Positions 29,702-30,588 of a stretch of 30,588 nucleotides of DNA are shown piece after piece (position 1 is the first letter of the stretch; each line of letters begins with the position of its first letter). The stretch is from Candidatus Geohabitans tengchongensis (GTDB taxonomy: Bacteria; Sysuimicrobiota; Sysuimicrobiia; Sysuimicrobiales; Humicultoraceae): positions 1 to 30,588 of the forward strand of contig JAVKIH010000029.1 of NCBI GenBank assembly GCA_031459625.1, written 5' to 3'. A model generated the notes under the pieces. The model was not told the origin of the DNA, did not search any database, and worked only from the letters and a program-made list of their open reading frames with translations. The position numbers and the translations under genes are program-made.

Positions 29702-30278
29702 CGAGGGACCGCTTGACCTCCTCGATGGCGGCGGCGAGCGAGGTCGGGTACGGGCCGGTGGCGGGCACGCGGTAGGGCGGGTAGATCGCCGCCGGAGCCA
29801 CGTCGGACATCTTCACCGGGATTCCCCGGGCCGCCAGCGCCTGCTCCAGCTCCTCGACGAAGACCCCCTTGCCGGGGACCGCCGGCGGGTCCAGCGACAC
29901 CTCGAACGGCTTGCCGCCCCAGGCCGGATCCGACTGCGTCATGCGCAGCCCGCAGGTGGGGCTGAGCCCCATGCCCACGAAGTAGAGCCGCGCGCCCTGC
30001 CGGTGGTAGGCCTCGGCCAGGTCGCAGACCGCCTCGGCCAGGCGGCGGCAGTGCCGTCGGTAGCCCACGCTGTCGTAGAGCTCCCTGGTGAACCACCAGC
30101 GCCGGAGCCCCACGTACGTCGTCTCGGGGCAGGGGATCTGGACGACCTCGAACCCGCGGTCCATCAGGAAGTGGTAGAGGTCCTCGATGGGCCCGCGGTG
30201 GACGGCGATGCCGGGCGCCCGGACGTTCATGTTGAGGACGCTGTGCATCAGGAAGGCGACCTTACGGGACTCCTCCAT
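29694..30278 (-). CDS. DUF523/TudS-related (CD3072-like) putative Fe-S desulfidase
   Basis: SRKVAFLMHSVLNMN, VQIPCPE, GLRRWWFTRELYD, GMGLSPTCG, GKGVFVEEL; start placed at ATG 30278. Confidence 0.8.
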   Translation of the reverse strand: MEESRKVAFLMHSVLNMNVRAPGIAVHRGPIEDLYHFLMDRGFEVVQIPCPETTYVGLRRWWFTRELYDSVGYRRHCRRLAEAVCDLAEAYHRQGARLYFVGMGLSPTCGLRMTQSDPAWGGKPFEVSLDPPAVPGKGVFVEELEQALAARGIPVKMSDVAPAAIYPPYRVPATGPYPTSLAAAIEEVKRSLDA

Positions 30279-30325
30279 CGCGCCGATCGGGCCTCTCGCC
30301 TCTCCCCACACCGGGTCTCCCGAAA

Positions 30326-30331
30326 AGTATA
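30326..30331 (-). promoter_or_regulatory. Possible -10 element for the TudS-like/BMP operon
   Basis: TATACT on the minus strand in an AT-rich patch about 50 nt upstream of ATG 30278; no convincing -35. Confidence 0.35.
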
Positions 30332-30588
30332 CGCACGAGGACGGGACGATCCCTCTTGGCGTTCATCGGCGACATGCAGTATGCGGCAGGATGCCGGGGC
30401 CGTCCGCGCGAACCTCCGCATGTGCCAGCCAGGTCGACGGGGCGTTCGATTGTCTAGCCCGCGCAGGCCTGGCTTCCAGGGGCAGGTGCAATGCTGCGGA
30501 CGAATCGGGACAGGCTCGTCAAGATGGCGGTCGGCGGCATCATCTCCCCGCCCACCATGGCTCGCGGGCCGCACCGGCTCAAGGCGTC

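Noticed and set aside
30312..30588. Riboswitch or ncRNA upstream of the TudS-like operon, and the 30248..30574 ORF
   Set aside because: No purine, SAM, Moco or other riboswitch consensus was recognised by eye, and the ORF has atypical codons. An Rfam scan would be needed to exclude an RNA element.

Overview
Very GC-rich bacterial DNA in two parts. The gene order resembles Firmicutes and other Terrabacteria, but the taxon cannot be fixed from this window. Part 1 (about 1-19.65 kb) is a + strand housekeeping run: an unannotated 38-aa membrane protein, a blue-copper lipoprotein, a polyprenyl synthase, a GT2-TM-PIG-L fusion, a holin-like pair, tatAC, DUF4321, maf-radC-mreBCD-mrdA-rodA-rng, a frameshifted EamA gene, then rplU-rpmA-obgE-nadD-rsfS-thioesterase-smpB. 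Part 2 (about 19.67-30.3 kb) is an accessory block starting 20 nt after smpB. It holds an ATPase-less peptide ABC cassette with an M20 hydrolase that has lost one set of metal ligands, a DUF421 pseudogene, and an XRE/PBP regulator-modA-modB-TSUP operon with no modC. It ends with a minus-strand trio: a TudS/DUF523-related protein, a shorter apparent paralog lacking the Cys motifs, and a BMP nucleoside-binding protein. The best candidates for undescribed biology are the TudS-like/pseudo-paralog/BMP module, the rewired M20 enzyme, the glycosyltransferase-deacetylase fusion with an internal start, the in-frame modA-TAG-modB junction, and a leader motif shared by rplU and rpmA. No rRNA, tRNA, tmRNA, CRISPR array, integrase or transposase was recognised. 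All family calls come from recognising motifs by eye; no searches were run.
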